Source: Thermodesulfovibrionales bacterium
GTDB taxonomy: Bacteria; Nitrospirota; Thermodesulfovibrionia; Thermodesulfovibrionales; SM23-35
Length of the DNA stretch: 64,000 nucleotides
Reading direction: 5' to 3'
Assembly: GCA_963715195.1 (NCBI GenBank)
Contig: CAVQRT010000003.1
Span: 192,001 to 256,000 of the forward strand
Each line of letters begins with the position of its first letter. Position 1 is the first letter of the stretch. The notes below the pieces were generated by a model. The model made no database searches and was not told the DNA's origin. It saw only the letters and a program-made list of their open reading frames with translations. Both the position numbers and the translations under genes were made by a program. Positions 1 through 10,726 of this stretch are shown piece by piece.

Positions 1-1
1 T

Positions 2-133
2 CAGAATAATGCCAAGGACGATACCTGCTGCAAACACCAGGACAGCAATGAAAATATCAGGAAGAAACTGCAGAAGCCTGTCCAGCAAACTGTCAAACGG
101 TTCTATAATAACCCGGTCAAGAAAGTTGTTCAT
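2..133 (-). CDS. 5' fragment of a membrane protein, probably CmpX/TM-helix-type small mechanosensitive channel family (runs off window edge)
   Basis: Manual translation from ATG at 133 (RBS AAAGGAGG upstream): MNNFLDRVIIEPFDSLLDRLLQFLPDIFIAVLVFAAGIVLGIIL; the 'FLP.I..A.L....G' pattern is typical of TM_helix/CmpX N-termini. Confidence 0.55.
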   Translation of the reverse strand, partial: MNNFLDRVIIEPFDSLLDRLLQFLPDIFIAVLVFAAGIVLGIIL

Positions 134-148
134 ATGAGCCTCCTTTCC

Positions 149-1414
149 TTACTTCCAGTTATCCAAAAGATAGGTTTTGTCTTTTTCAAACCTCAAACAA
201 AGCTGCTCAATCTTCTCCTCAACTTCTGCAGCATTGCTTGCCCATGTCTCAAGAACAAAGGAAGCGATCCTCGCGAGATATAATGGCGTCAGGGATTTGA
301 GAAGATGTTCTTTATTGAGAACCTTGTTATGAACTGCCGAAGCAAACGTGTAGATAATCCGAACCCATATTTCATCAGGAATATGGAATGCGTCTTTTTC
401 AGCACCTGCTGCTTTCTTCAGGATATCAAGAATGTCTGCAGGGGTGAAGACTTTCCATATATCTATGAGTTCCTTCATGCCCAATCTGAATTTTTCGATC
501 ATTCTTTCGAGATTGACTGCCACAGGCTCGAGCCCGACATCGTACCGGAAACCGAATGTTGGAATCTCCTCTGAACCGGCAACTGCCTTCCAGAGTGGGG
601 TATATGTTTCCATCAGATCAAAAGATGCACCTACCACCTGAAAAAGCATGGCACTCAGGTCCGCGCCAGGATCTTTAGGATCATGAATCTTTGCTCCGAG
701 AAATGACTGGCAGACCTTAAATTTGTTTGCGACCGCAGTTGTTGTCATCCATATATCGATCCCATACCGCGCGACATCCGTATCCCAGACATCCTTTGTG
801 AGATAAAAGTTGGCAAGCTGACCGGAAAAGCCAAAGTCGCCGCCGATCGGCTGCCGTATTCGCTTACCGTAGAGCGCCCGTGTCAACGGATAAATGATGC
901 TGTTTGTGATCGTGCCGTCGTATTTATGTCTGTGATAAAGAGGCGAAACATAATCGAAGCCCCCTTCCAAAACCGGCTTGACAAGCAATTCAACCCACTC
1001 CGGAGTGATACTCCGCAGATCAGAATCCACGACAGCACATGCCTTTACATTCAGTTCCTTCGCGATTCCGAATATTGTCCTGAAAGCACTGCCCTTGCCG
1101 GGAATCCCGTGATAGGGAGTTGCTATTTTCATGACAGGCTCAACTCTGTGATGAAGAAGAATTGCCGTGAAATCATCTATCGCGGTATTATGAACGACTT
1201 CGGTAGTACCATCTGTGGAACCACCATCTGAATTAATGAGTACCGCTCGTTTATCAGGAAAATATTTCGCCAGTCCTGCCTGAACGGCTCTCACCACATG
1301 ACCGATGGTGTGCGCATTGTTATAGCTCGGGATCCCAATGAGGATATCGGCCTCTTTCACTTTGTCAAATACGTCCTGAATGTCTTTTTTCGTAATAATA
1401 CTCTCCAAGATCAT
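149..1414 (-). CDS. GT-A glycosyltransferase, glucosylglycerate/mannosylglycerate synthase (Ggs/Mgs)-like
   Basis: GIPSYNN, SDGGSTDGT, GKGSA, VVDSD (DxD), RQPIGGDFG and YGIDIWMTT motifs; compatible-solute context. Confidence 0.7.
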   Translation of the reverse strand: MILESIITKKDIQDVFDKVKEADILIGIPSYNNAHTIGHVVRAVQAGLAKYFPDKRAVLINSDGGSTDGTTEVVHNTAIDDFTAILLHHRVEPVMKIATPYHGIPGKGSAFRTIFGIAKELNVKACAVVDSDLRSITPEWVELLVKPVLEGGFDYVSPLYHRHKYDGTITNSIIYPLTRALYGKRIRQPIGGDFGFSGQLANFYLTKDVWDTDVARYGIDIWMTTTAVANKFKVCQSFLGAKIHDPKDPGADLSAMLFQVVGASFDLMETYTPLWKAVAGSEEIPTFGFRYDVGLEPVAVNLERMIEKFRLGMKELIDIWKVFTPADILDILKKAAGAEKDAFHIPDEIWVRIIYTFASAVHNKVLNKEHLLKSLTPLYLARIASFVLETWASNAAEVEEKIEQLCLRFEKDKTYLLDNWK

Positions 1415-1472
1415 CCTCTTACCAATATCTTATTTCTGCCATTCGATGGATGCGCTATTGTACCAGACATAT

Positions 1473-4400
1473 TCAGTATTGTCTTTCGATCATCGCTACC
1501 GGGAAATGAGAAAACATCTCTGATAGTCTCAACGCATTTGCATCATTATATTTTTCAGCGGTGACGATTTCGTCTGTAAAAATATTTTTATACCGAGCAC
1601 CATGATCTGCAATTGCTACAATAAGCCGTGAGTCCCCCCACACTTCCTTGCCAAGTGGAAGATCTTTTGGCTGCGCAAGAAGAGAGGTGAAGAACCTTGG
1701 TACAGCAACAATCGTTCTCTCGTTCCCGATTCGTCTGGCAAAAGCACATATATTTGCTGCTTTTTCCCCCATCACTTCGAGTGGAAGATACTCACCACGC
1801 TCGAAAAGCTCTCTTTTCTCCGTCCTGTATTTGAGGGCCTTATAGACAAGGTAAAGCTTCACTATTCCGCTCTCCATATCAATTGTCAAAGAATCTGTGA
1901 GAGCCGATAATGGTATCTCCTTTTCACGTCTTTGTATATGATCGAGCATCTGCACTCTCCTCCCATAATCGACAGGTCTTCGATTATCGGGGTCAACGAG
2001 GGAAAAATTCCAGAGCTCGGTTCCCTGGTAAAAATCGGGGACCCCCGGAGAGGTAATCTTCAGGAGCACCTGTGAAAGAGAGTTGAACATACCATACCAT
2101 GCGATCTTTTCCTTGAATTCAGTGCACTCCTTCAAAAAATGATTGTCCGATATATTGCTGAGGATCAGATCGATAAAAATCATGCAGGCATCTTCATACA
2201 GGGTGTTAGGATTAATCCAGCTCGTATTCACCTTTGCCTCTCTCATCGCCTTGATCATATAGTCCTTGATTCTTTTCACAAATGATTCGTATTCGTCTTC
2301 ATGCATCTCACCCGGGGGCCAGGAACCGATGAGCGTCTGGTAGAGATGATATTCTTCGTTCGCGTCAGGCACCCTCTGCCCGTCAATAAGGGGCTTTTTC
2401 TTTTTATTGATTTTTTTCCATGAAATAAGACACTTTCTCCATTCATCAGGAATTTCAGAAAGGACGTTGATACGCGATCGTACGTCTTCACACCGTTTTG
2501 CATCATGGGTTGCAGTGGCAATGAGAGCGTGGGGCCAGTATTTTAGACGCTCTATGTTCTTCCCGTGAAATGCTTCGAGGGAAGTCCCCAATCTGTCGGG
2601 GCTCCCTCCGACTTCATTGAGAGAAAGAAACCTGTTATAAATATAGCAGACAGTATCCTCAAAGCCTTTCGCCATGACAGGTCCCGTAAGCTGCTGAAAT
2701 CTCATCACAAAATCTTTCCATTCCCGCTTATCAGATTCTTCAAAATTTTCAGGATAATTAAGCAGGAGGATATCTTTCAGGAAATCAAAAATTGAGCTGC
2801 TAATAGCGGTATTTTTTCGCTTCGCCTTTGAAACCGCAAATTCTATATACCGTTGGTCCCTGTCGTCCACCACAGCCTGGGTTATGTAGGTCCTGTAAAC
2901 CGGGAAAAAGGCTATGACCTCAATGATTGCAGTAGTGAGACTGTTCAGGGTGAAGTCTCTCGTATGCCTGTTCTTTTCTGACAGCTTGTTAAGGTGATAG
3001 CCCAGGGTATTGATTTCGCTCGACATCGCGACTTCCATGATCAGCTTCTTTTTCTCATAGACGATATCCTGAAAATTAATCCTCATTTTCGTAAATCTCT
3101 CGTATATATCGGTCAAAGGTTTTGCGTTCTCTGTACGGATAAATATTCCGTTCAGCGTATTCAGGAAGACATACCCTGTAGTGCTGAAAATAGGCCAATC
3201 TTTCGGTATCCTCTCGTCCTTTATGAGGATTTTTTCACCGACGATGTAAAAAGGTTTATAGGCAGGATTGGAAGACAGAATTCTATCGTAGGTCCCAGCT
3301 ATGTCCGGAAGCGCACTTTTCGTGTCGTCAAAAGAGGGGACCTCTTCTTTCATGCTCTCAAGGACATCCTTAGGGAGGGAATTCTGCACGCCTTCAAGAT
3401 ATCCGAGCCGCAGATGAAGGAAACAGTTACGTTGCAATCGCTGAAAATATTCCAGGGGATTATGAAGGCCATCAGGATGGTCAACACGGAGACCTGTAAC
3501 ATGTCCTTTTTTGATCAGAGAGAATATGCGTCTGTGCCAGCTCTGAAATACGGCCCGCTTTTCCATCCGGATAGCCGCATAATCATTAATGTCAAAAAAC
3601 CGCCGGTAGTTTATCTCCTCTGTAGCAACTCGCCAGAAAGAAAGGCGGTAAACCTGTTCGTTCAGAAAGGAATCGAGGAGATCAAAGCTTGCCGGATCAC
3701 CCTTCGCACCGTTGAAAACAGACAGGTTCCTGTCAATGAAAGCCCGGATTTCCCGGCTTTTCTTGTAGAGTTCCCAGAGGCGTCTCTTGATGACCTCCTT
3801 TTCGCGGTTCCGCTCCTCTACTTTCTGTATATCCCGCACTGTATGCGCGGGCAAATTCTTTAACGCAGTCAGAATGCTCAGGAGTTCAGATAGGTCGGGG
3901 TTCTCTTCCCGCAGTTCTGTTTTCAAGGCTTCAATGTTCTGGCTAAGAATCATCCCATACGTCTTGGGTCTCACCGGTAATATATGATCGTGGTATGCGA
4001 CGAAGAATGTGCCCTCCCGGAATTCCAATCGGAGTTCCTGGTTTTCAAGCACTCGTCCGTAGTGGTCGCCAAGGATCGGGAGAAGAACCTTGTTTTTCAA
4101 TTCCTTCTTGACCGGATTCCAGTCTATATCAAAATATTCCGCATAGATTGAACTGCGACCATTTTCGAGCACATCCATCCACCAGGCGTTATCCTTGCTC
4201 TGGATGCACATATGATTTGGAACGATATCGAGCATCTGTCCCATCCTGTACTTGCGGAGTTCACTCATAAATCCTTGGTATTCTTGTTCCGTACCGATGT
4301 CGGGATTTAAGACATTCGGGTCGACGATATCATACCCGTGAAGACTCCCTTCCCTTGCCTTAAAATACGGTGAAGCATAGATGTCGCTTATTCCAAGCTT

Positions 4401-4511
4401 ACAGAGATATGGGACAATTGTTTTTGCATCAGTGAACCTGAAGTATCGATTGAATTGCAACCGGTATGTTGAAACAGGTATTTTTGGCATCAAGAGAGCT
4501 TCTTTCTTCAT
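1473..4511 (-). CDS. treY: malto-oligosyltrehalose synthase (GH13)
   Basis: STYRLQF, GSLHGYD, DIVPNHM, INYRRFFDIN, GLRVDHPDGL, EKIL, PGVPDFYQG, SLVDPDNRRPVDY. Confidence 0.95.
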   Translation of the reverse strand: MKKEALLMPKIPVSTYRLQFNRYFRFTDAKTIVPYLCKLGISDIYASPYFKAREGSLHGYDIVDPNVLNPDIGTEQEYQGFMSELRKYRMGQMLDIVPNHMCIQSKDNAWWMDVLENGRSSIYAEYFDIDWNPVKKELKNKVLLPILGDHYGRVLENQELRLEFREGTFFVAYHDHILPVRPKTYGMILSQNIEALKTELREENPDLSELLSILTALKNLPAHTVRDIQKVEERNREKEVIKRRLWELYKKSREIRAFIDRNLSVFNGAKGDPASFDLLDSFLNEQVYRLSFWRVATEEINYRRFFDINDYAAIRMEKRAVFQSWHRRIFSLIKKGHVTGLRVDHPDGLHNPLEYFQRLQRNCFLHLRLGYLEGVQNSLPKDVLESMKEEVPSFDDTKSALPDIAGTYDRILSSNPAYKPFYIVGEKILIKDERIPKDWPIFSTTGYVFLNTLNGIFIRTENAKPLTDIYERFTKMRINFQDIVYEKKKLIMEVAMSSEINTLGYHLNKLSEKNRHTRDFTLNSLTTAIIEVIAFFPVYRTYITQAVVDDRDQRYIEFAVSKAKRKNTAISSSIFDFLKDILLLNYPENFEESDKREWKDFVMRFQQLTGPVMAKGFEDTVCYIYNRFLSLNEVGGSPDRLGTSLEAFHGKNIERLKYWPHALIATATHDAKRCEDVRSRINVLSEIPDEWRKCLISWKKINKKKKPLIDGQRVPDANEEYHLYQTLIGSWPPGEMHEDEYESFVKRIKDYMIKAMREAKVNTSWINPNTLYEDACMIFIDLILSNISDNHFLKECTEFKEKIAWYGMFNSLSQVLLKITSPGVPDFYQGTELWNFSLVDPDNRRPVDYGRRVQMLDHIQRREKEIPLSALTDSLTIDMESGIVKLYLVYKALKYRTEKRELFERGEYLPLEVMGEKAANICAFARRIGNERTIVAVPRFFTSLLAQPKDLPLGKEVWGDSRLIVAIADHGARYKNIFTDEIVTAEKYNDANALRLSEMFSHFPVAMIERQY

Positions 4512-4523
4512 CCCCGACCTTCT

Positions 4524-6971
4524 CTAAGAGTTGTTAAATACCGACGAAATATTGAAAAACAACATGTCACCCACATATTTCAAGGTATTGATCCATTGGT
4601 GTTTTTCTTCATCCAGTAAAGTTCCCTTTTGCAGAATTTCAGCATAGTCAGTTTTTGCAATCTGGTAATACATGTTCTGGGTCTGCCAGAAGTTAATCTC
4701 GATTGGCAACAATCGGTAAAGCTCGAGCCTGCTTTGAATATCGATAAGCGTTCTCAAATCAGCGGGTTCTTTCCGCCACTGTCTCATGCACTCTTCTAAT
4801 TTTTTCCTCATCTGGAATTCAATACCAACTGAATACAGGGGTACATTCCATTTTTTCATATCTTTCAGTAATCCCTGTATTTTTCTCACGTCTATCGGTT
4901 CTTCCAGGAATGCCTTTTCAACATCAGCGTTGAGAATAAGTTCGGCCGCAGCAATGAATGCTTTTTTTACCGGCATCCCTGTTTCATGGAGAAAGCCCAT
5001 GAGAATCCGGTTATTCTCATATAACTGCCGGTATGCCTGTTCGAAATTTTCGGTTGTTTTACTAATAAGCGAATCCAAAATAATACGCTGCTGATCCCTG
5101 AACAGATGCGCAAGTGAATAATTGTGCATACCGAAATGCGTATCCATGAGTCTTACAATATCGGCAAAATCTCCTCTTTCGAATGTAGCCATGATCTCAG
5201 TTTTCATTGAATGGTATGCGTTGGGGCCGAGGAATGTACGAACACCCCCGTTCAACGCATGCCCCCCGAAGTGCAAAATGCAGAAGCTGAGAATCTCGGA
5301 TTCGTACGTTATCTCAGAGGATATAGAAACTTTTCCTATAGCGATATTGGTACTCCCGGCACTTGCTTTCTGGTAATCTTCTTTTTGAATGATATAGCTG
5401 TAGATTTTGGTCTCGTCAATATAATCCTCAAACAGTGAACTCACTGCGAAGTGAGCTCCCACTTTCTTGAGGTTGATCATGGCCGGCATCACAAGATTCT
5501 CATAAATAATGGCTCCATTTTCATGTTCAGGGATATTGCTCTTTGCGAGCGTAAGTCGGGCTTTAAAGGTGTCCTCCAGTCCATAGCTGAAAATGTCCTC
5601 TGAGAGCTGGATAGCCCTTCCGGCATACTTCAAAATCTGGACAGTTTCCAGTCCTGAAAGCTCATCAAAAAACCAGCCGCAGCTCGTATACATGAGCATT
5701 GCATGCCTCTGCATCTCTAATAGTTTCAGCACGGTGACCTTTTCGACGTCTGAAATACTTCGTAATGCGTGTAAATTAAAAAATGCTTCCTTCCGTTCGT
5801 CTGAACGATTAAGGATGAGCTGCACGTAGTCATCCCTCGCGCTCCAGGGGTCTTTCAGATACTCATTTGCTGCGCTTTCATAAATGCCCGCCAACCGGTC
5901 TCTTAGCCAGTCAAGTGCTTCCCGGAGCGGTCTTCTCCATTCCTGGCTCCATCCCGGATATCCCCCTGAATGACATCCACAGTTTTCCCTCCAGCGTTCT
6001 ATCCCATGGACGCAACTCCATGAGGAATTTTCGAAGATTTGTACCTCATGCGTAGGCGGATACTTTTCAAGATACTCACCGTAATTCGTAAGACGTGCCA
6101 ATCCATTTGATTCTATATAATTCAGTGCATATGCGAGCCCCATGTCTCCGTAATGCTGATGATGTCCATATGTCTCCCCATCTGTCGCGATATGAAGTAA
6201 CTGCGGCCAGTCTCTCGCATCAGAGAATCCGGAGAGCAGCCGGTGTGCAAAATCCTCTCCTTGCTTGAGCTGCCCCTCGAATGCAACCGCCTGAGATATC
6301 GGTCCGTCATAAAAAAAGAGAGCAATGCTCCGGCCGGTCTGTAATCTGCAGAGATAGGCTCGCGAGGGATCTATTCTTGAACCGCTCACATCTCTCCATT
6401 TACCGGTCCCAAGCCTTCTTACCTTCGACGCCTGCCGGGGAGCAAGGATTGTAAAGCGGATCCCTGATTCAGCGAGCAGATTAAGCGTTTCGTAATCCAC
6501 CGCAGTCTCTGCAAGCCACATGCCCTCAGGAGATCTCTTGAAACGATATTCAAAATCCTTTATTCCCCAGAGTATCTGGGTGTGCCTGTCTCTGCTGGTT
6601 GCGAGCGGCATAATAACATGGTTATAGACCTGTGCAAGGGCATTCCCGTGACCGGATCTCCATTCAGTGCTTTTCTTGTCAGCGTCAAGTATTGCTCCAT
6701 ATGTTTCAGGAGCCGTTTCTTCGAGCCATGACAGTAGTGTCGGTCCGAAATTGAAACTTATCCGTGCGTAATTGCTGACAATGTCGAGTATCCGGCCCTC
6801 ACCATCAAGATTCCTTGATGCCGAATTCGGGGCATAGCATTCGGCAGTAATCCGCTCGTTCCAGTCATGGTAAGGATATGCTGAATCCTGAATTTCTATT
6901 GCTTCAAGCCAGGGGTTCTCCCTTGGCGGCTGATAGAAATGTCCGTGGATGCACACGTATCTTGCCGTCAT
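4524..6971 (-). CDS. GH57 glycoside hydrolase with DUF3536 domain
   Basis: HGHFYQPPRENPW, GMWLAETAVD, ATDGETYGHH, MYTSCGWFFD; start moved to the ATG at 6971 that overlaps the treZ stop (ATGA). Confidence 0.85.
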   Translation of the reverse strand: MTARYVCIHGHFYQPPRENPWLEAIEIQDSAYPYHDWNERITAECYAPNSASRNLDGEGRILDIVSNYARISFNFGPTLLSWLEETAPETYGAILDADKKSTEWRSGHGNALAQVYNHVIMPLATSRDRHTQILWGIKDFEYRFKRSPEGMWLAETAVDYETLNLLAESGIRFTILAPRQASKVRRLGTGKWRDVSGSRIDPSRAYLCRLQTGRSIALFFYDGPISQAVAFEGQLKQGEDFAHRLLSGFSDARDWPQLLHIATDGETYGHHQHYGDMGLAYALNYIESNGLARLTNYGEYLEKYPPTHEVQIFENSSWSCVHGIERWRENCGCHSGGYPGWSQEWRRPLREALDWLRDRLAGIYESAANEYLKDPWSARDDYVQLILNRSDERKEAFFNLHALRSISDVEKVTVLKLLEMQRHAMLMYTSCGWFFDELSGLETVQILKYAGRAIQLSEDIFSYGLEDTFKARLTLAKSNIPEHENGAIIYENLVMPAMINLKKVGAHFAVSSLFEDYIDETKIYSYIIQKEDYQKASAGSTNIAIGKVSISSEITYESEILSFCILHFGGHALNGGVRTFLGPNAYHSMKTEIMATFERGDFADIVRLMDTHFGMHNYSLAHLFRDQQRIILDSLISKTTENFEQAYRQLYENNRILMGFLHETGMPVKKAFIAAAELILNADVEKAFLEEPIDVRKIQGLLKDMKKWNVPLYSVGIEFQMRKKLEECMRQWRKEPADLRTLIDIQSRLELYRLLPIEINFWQTQNMYYQIAKTDYAEILQKGTLLDEEKHQWINTLKYVGDMLFFNISSVFNNS

Positions 6972-8797
6972 GCGGCCTCTTCTTTCAGATAGACTGCCAT
7001 GCTCTGTTTGCGGACTATGATTCGTTTTCCTCCCGTTATCCAATCCGGGAGCAGGGTCCCGGGGCCCAGCCATGTATCTTCAGACGTGTCGAGAATCCTT
7101 TTCCAGACAGACTTGCTGAGTGATACAGTTATTTCTCTATCAACACTGCTAAAATTACTGACGATATAAACTTCGCTTGTATCCCTCCACCTTTTCATAA
7201 CAAGCATTTTCCTGTCATCTGAACCGTCTATATGAAGACATGCATTATCTAAGTGTGAGAGCGCTGTAACATTTCTCCTCATCTGTATCAGAGCTTGATA
7301 AAGCCCAAGCAAAATTTTATGCTTTTTCTTGTCTTTCTTTTTCCACACCATTTTTGATCCTTCAAAGGTCTTGATATCTTGTGGGTCGGGAGGATCGCCC
7401 TTCCATGTAAATGCCTTAAATTCTTCTTTTCTCCCTTTTCTCACAGCCTCGATTAATTCTGGATCACCGTGGCTGACAAAATAGAGAAAAGGGGTATCTT
7501 CGCCATACTCCTCTCCCATGAACAATAAGGGTATGTATGGGGAGAGTATCACCGCACCTGCAGCAAGCTTCAAAGACTCAAAAGACACAAGACTTGCCAA
7601 CCTGTCACCGAAGGCCCTGTTTCCTATCTGATCATGGTTCTGGGAAAAAACGACAAATTGATCTGCCGGGATTCCCTCCGAGGAATTCCCGTGATTTCTT
7701 TTTCTGTAATCAGAATATTCCCCTGAATACACGAACCCTTCTTTTATTGTCTTCACCATATGGCGTATACTTCCGAAATCAGCATAGTAACCGTCTCTCT
7801 CCCCAGTAAGGAGCGTATGCAGTGAATGATGAAAATCATCGCACCATTGTGCATGAATACCGTATCCTCCCAACTCCTTCGGCCTTATTACCCTCGTATC
7901 GTTGAGGTCGCTCTCAGCAATCAAATATACAGGCTTACCCTTATCTGAAAACTCCCGTGCCGCATCAGCCAGTTCCTGCAAAAATGGTTGTGCACTGAAA
8001 TCCGTTATACCGTGAATCGCATCGAGCCGCAGCGCGTCGACATGATAATCCCTAAACCAGGAAAGAGCATTTTCGATAAAATAATTTCTGACTTCATTAC
8101 TGTGAGCACCATCAAAGTTGATAGCCATTCCCCAGGGAGTTCTGTACCTGTCGGTAAAATAAGGGCCATACTCCCCGAGGTAATTTCCCTCAGGGCCAAG
8201 ATGGTTGTAAACAACATCAAGAATAACTGCAATCTTATGCTTATGGCACGCATTCACAAGTTTCTTAAATCCTTCCGGCCCGCCATATGATTTCTGAACT
8301 GCAAACGGAAAGACGCCATCATATCCCCAGTTTCTTTCTCCCGGAAACTGCGCAACAGGCATTACTTCTATGGCATTGATGCCAAGATTATCGAGATACG
8401 GAAGCCGCTTTATCACGGCATCACATGTTCCTTCCGGGGTAAAGGTTCCTATGTGCATCTCATAGATGATCATCTTGGAGAGCGGAATACCTCTCCAGTC
8501 ATTGTCTGTCCATTTGAACAGCGCGTGATTCACCGCCTGTGAAGGACCATGCACACCTTCTGGCTGGAATTGCGAAGCCGGATCAGGTCTCTCCCTGGTG
8601 TTGTTGAGCCGGTAGAAATACCGTATTTCGAGAGGAGTTGCATTGAATTCTCCCCTCCAGTAGCCGCTCGTATCTTTTTTCATGCGAAGAGTTTTTTTCT
8701 GAGGCTGAAGAATCCTCAATTCAACACTTTCGAGAAAGGGAGCCCATACAGCAAATTCACATGCCCCTGAACTGTTATAGTGTGCACCGATTCTCAT
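6968..8797 (-). CDS. treZ: malto-oligosyltrehalose trehalohydrolase (GH13)
   Basis: [56 protein letters not shown]. Confidence 0.95.
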   Translation of the reverse strand: MRIGAHYNSSGACEFAVWAPFLESVELRILQPQKKTLRMKKDTSGYWRGEFNATPLEIRYFYRLNNTRERPDPASQFQPEGVHGPSQAVNHALFKWTDNDWRGIPLSKMIIYEMHIGTFTPEGTCDAVIKRLPYLDNLGINAIEVMPVAQFPGERNWGYDGVFPFAVQKSYGGPEGFKKLVNACHKHKIAVILDVVYNHLGPEGNYLGEYGPYFTDRYRTPWGMAINFDGAHSNEVRNYFIENALSWFRDYHVDALRLDAIHGITDFSAQPFLQELADAAREFSDKGKPVYLIAESDLNDTRVIRPKELGGYGIHAQWCDDFHHSLHTLLTGERDGYYADFGSIRHMVKTIKEGFVYSGEYSDYRKRNHGNSSEGIPADQFVVFSQNHDQIGNRAFGDRLASLVSFESLKLAAGAVILSPYIPLLFMGEEYGEDTPFLYFVSHGDPELIEAVRKGRKEEFKAFTWKGDPPDPQDIKTFEGSKMVWKKKDKKKHKILLGLYQALIQMRRNVTALSHLDNACLHIDGSDDRKMLVMKRWRDTSEVYIVSNFSSVDREITVSLSKSVWKRILDTSEDTWLGPGTLLPDWITGGKRIIVRKQSMAVYLKEEAA

Positions 8798-10726
8798 GTT
8801 TCATGCCGCGTGTGCTTGAAATAAACTATACCGAGTGGAGGAAGCACAAGAGACAGGGAAAAATATTTTCCGTGAAAGGGTATCGGCGTTGCCTCAACGC
8901 CTCCTGTATTCCCATGACCGCTCCCTCCGTAAACCTTCGCATCACTGTTGAGCACTTCCTTCCAGAAACCGCCCATGGGAACTCCGACCCTGTAGTTATG
9001 CCTCGGGACCGGTGTAAAATTACAGACAGCAAGGAGCATATCTTCAGGATTTTTCCCTTTTCTGATAAAGCTTACAATGCTATCTTCCCAATTGTGAAAA
9101 TCTATCCATTGAAATCCTTCGGGATGAAAATCTGTCTCATGAAGAGCTGGCTCTGTTCTATAGAGATGATTCAGATCTTTCACCCAATGCTGTACCCCCC
9201 GGTGGAAATGATAATCGAGAACATGCCATTCGAGACTTTCATCATGATTCCACTCCTTCCATTGTGCAATCTCCCCACCCATAAAGATGAGCTTTTTCCC
9301 CGGGTGCCCGTACATATACCCGAACAGTAGTCTCAGGTTTGCATATTTCTGCCATTCATCTCCGGACATCTTGCCAAACAGGGAACCTTTGCCGTGGACA
9401 ACCTCATCATGAGAGAGTGGGAGTACAAAATTTTCGGTAAAGGCATACCAGATGCTGAAGGTAAGCTGGTTATGATGATACTTTCTGAATACCGGATCCT
9501 GAGAAAAATAATCAAGAGTATCGTGCATCCATCCCATATTCCATTTCATGCCGAAGCCCAACCCGCCCACGTAGGCTGGTCTTGAAACCATAGGCCATGC
9601 TGTTGATTCCTCTGCAGCGGTCTGGACATCAGGATAGTTTGCATACACCATCTCATTGAATCTTTTCAGGAAATGGATGGCATCGATATTTTCCTTGCTC
9701 CCATATTCATTCGGTATCCATTCTCCATCTTTCCTTCCATAATCAAGGTACAGCATGGAAGCGACTGCATCTACCCGGAGGCCGTCGGCATGGTACTTAT
9801 TGAGCCAGAACAGCGCACTGCTGATGAGAAAGTTCCTTACCTCATTTCTTCCATAATTAAAAATATAGCTGTTCCAGTCAGGATGAAATCCCTTTTTCGG
9901 GTCGGAATGCTCATAGAGATGTGTCCCGTCGAAAAATACAAGACCATGGATGTCGTCCGGGAAATGTGATGGCACCCAGTCTAAAATAACGCCAATCCCG
10001 TTTTGATGGAGATAATCAATCAGGTACATGAAATCCTGCGGAGTTCCATACCTGCTCGAAGGTGCAAAATACCCGACTGTCTGATAGCCCCATGATCCAT
10101 AAAAAGGGTGTTCCATGATCGGGAGAAATTCCACATGGGTAAATCCCATCTCTTTCACGTAATCTCGCAAGATAATGGGCTGACTCACGATAGGTAAGAG
10201 GTCTGTTGCCTTCTTCAGGAACACGTCTCCATGAACCAAAGTGAACTTCATAAATAGAGATCGGCGCATCCAGAGCATTACGCGTATGTCTTTCGTGCAT
10301 CCATTCGCGGTCATTCCAGGTATAGTCTAAATCCCATATTATTGAGGCGGTCTCCGGAGGAGCCTGAAAGTAAAGAGCAAGGGGATCAGCCTTGTCTGAC
10401 CTGTAGTTGTTGTATTGCGATGAAATATGGTACTTGTACGCAGTTCCTGGTCCGATGCCTGGAATAAATCCTTCCCAGATTCCTGATTCGTCTTCTCTCG
10501 GCCGCAATTGATGCGATGCATTGTTCCAATTATTAAAATCACCCATTACCGAAACCTTTTGTGCGTTTGGTGCCCATACGCTGAACAAAGTACCTTTCCT
10601 GCGATCAATTTTCATTTGATGGGCACCAAGCTTCTCATATAAGGTAAAATGATTTCCTTCTTTAAAGAGATATATATCCTGGTCTGTTAAAAGACTGACA
10701 TCGTATTTCATTTTCTTTTCTCTCAT
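8794..10726 (-). pseudogene. glgB: 1,4-alpha-glucan branching enzyme, split by a one-base insertion near 10165 (real frameshift or sequence error)
   Basis: N-terminal part (10726-10016 frame: [17 protein letters not shown]) and C-terminal part (10314-8794 frame: [36 protein letters not shown]) join in frame if one base in CTT GCG A GAT TAC is removed. Confidence 0.9.

Noticed and set aside
2994..3863. 289-aa plus-strand ORF and many other 60-200 aa alternative-frame ORFs
   Set aside because: They lie antisense to or within well-supported genes (here treY) and show no motifs, so they are shadow ORFs
6972..7073. N-terminal extension of the GH57 ORF
   Set aside because: It overlaps the treZ coding region; the ATG at 6971 gives the family-typical start and an ATGA overlap
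10160..10172. Programmed ribosomal frameshift in glgB
   Set aside because: There is no slippery sequence, homopolymer or evident stimulatory structure at the junction
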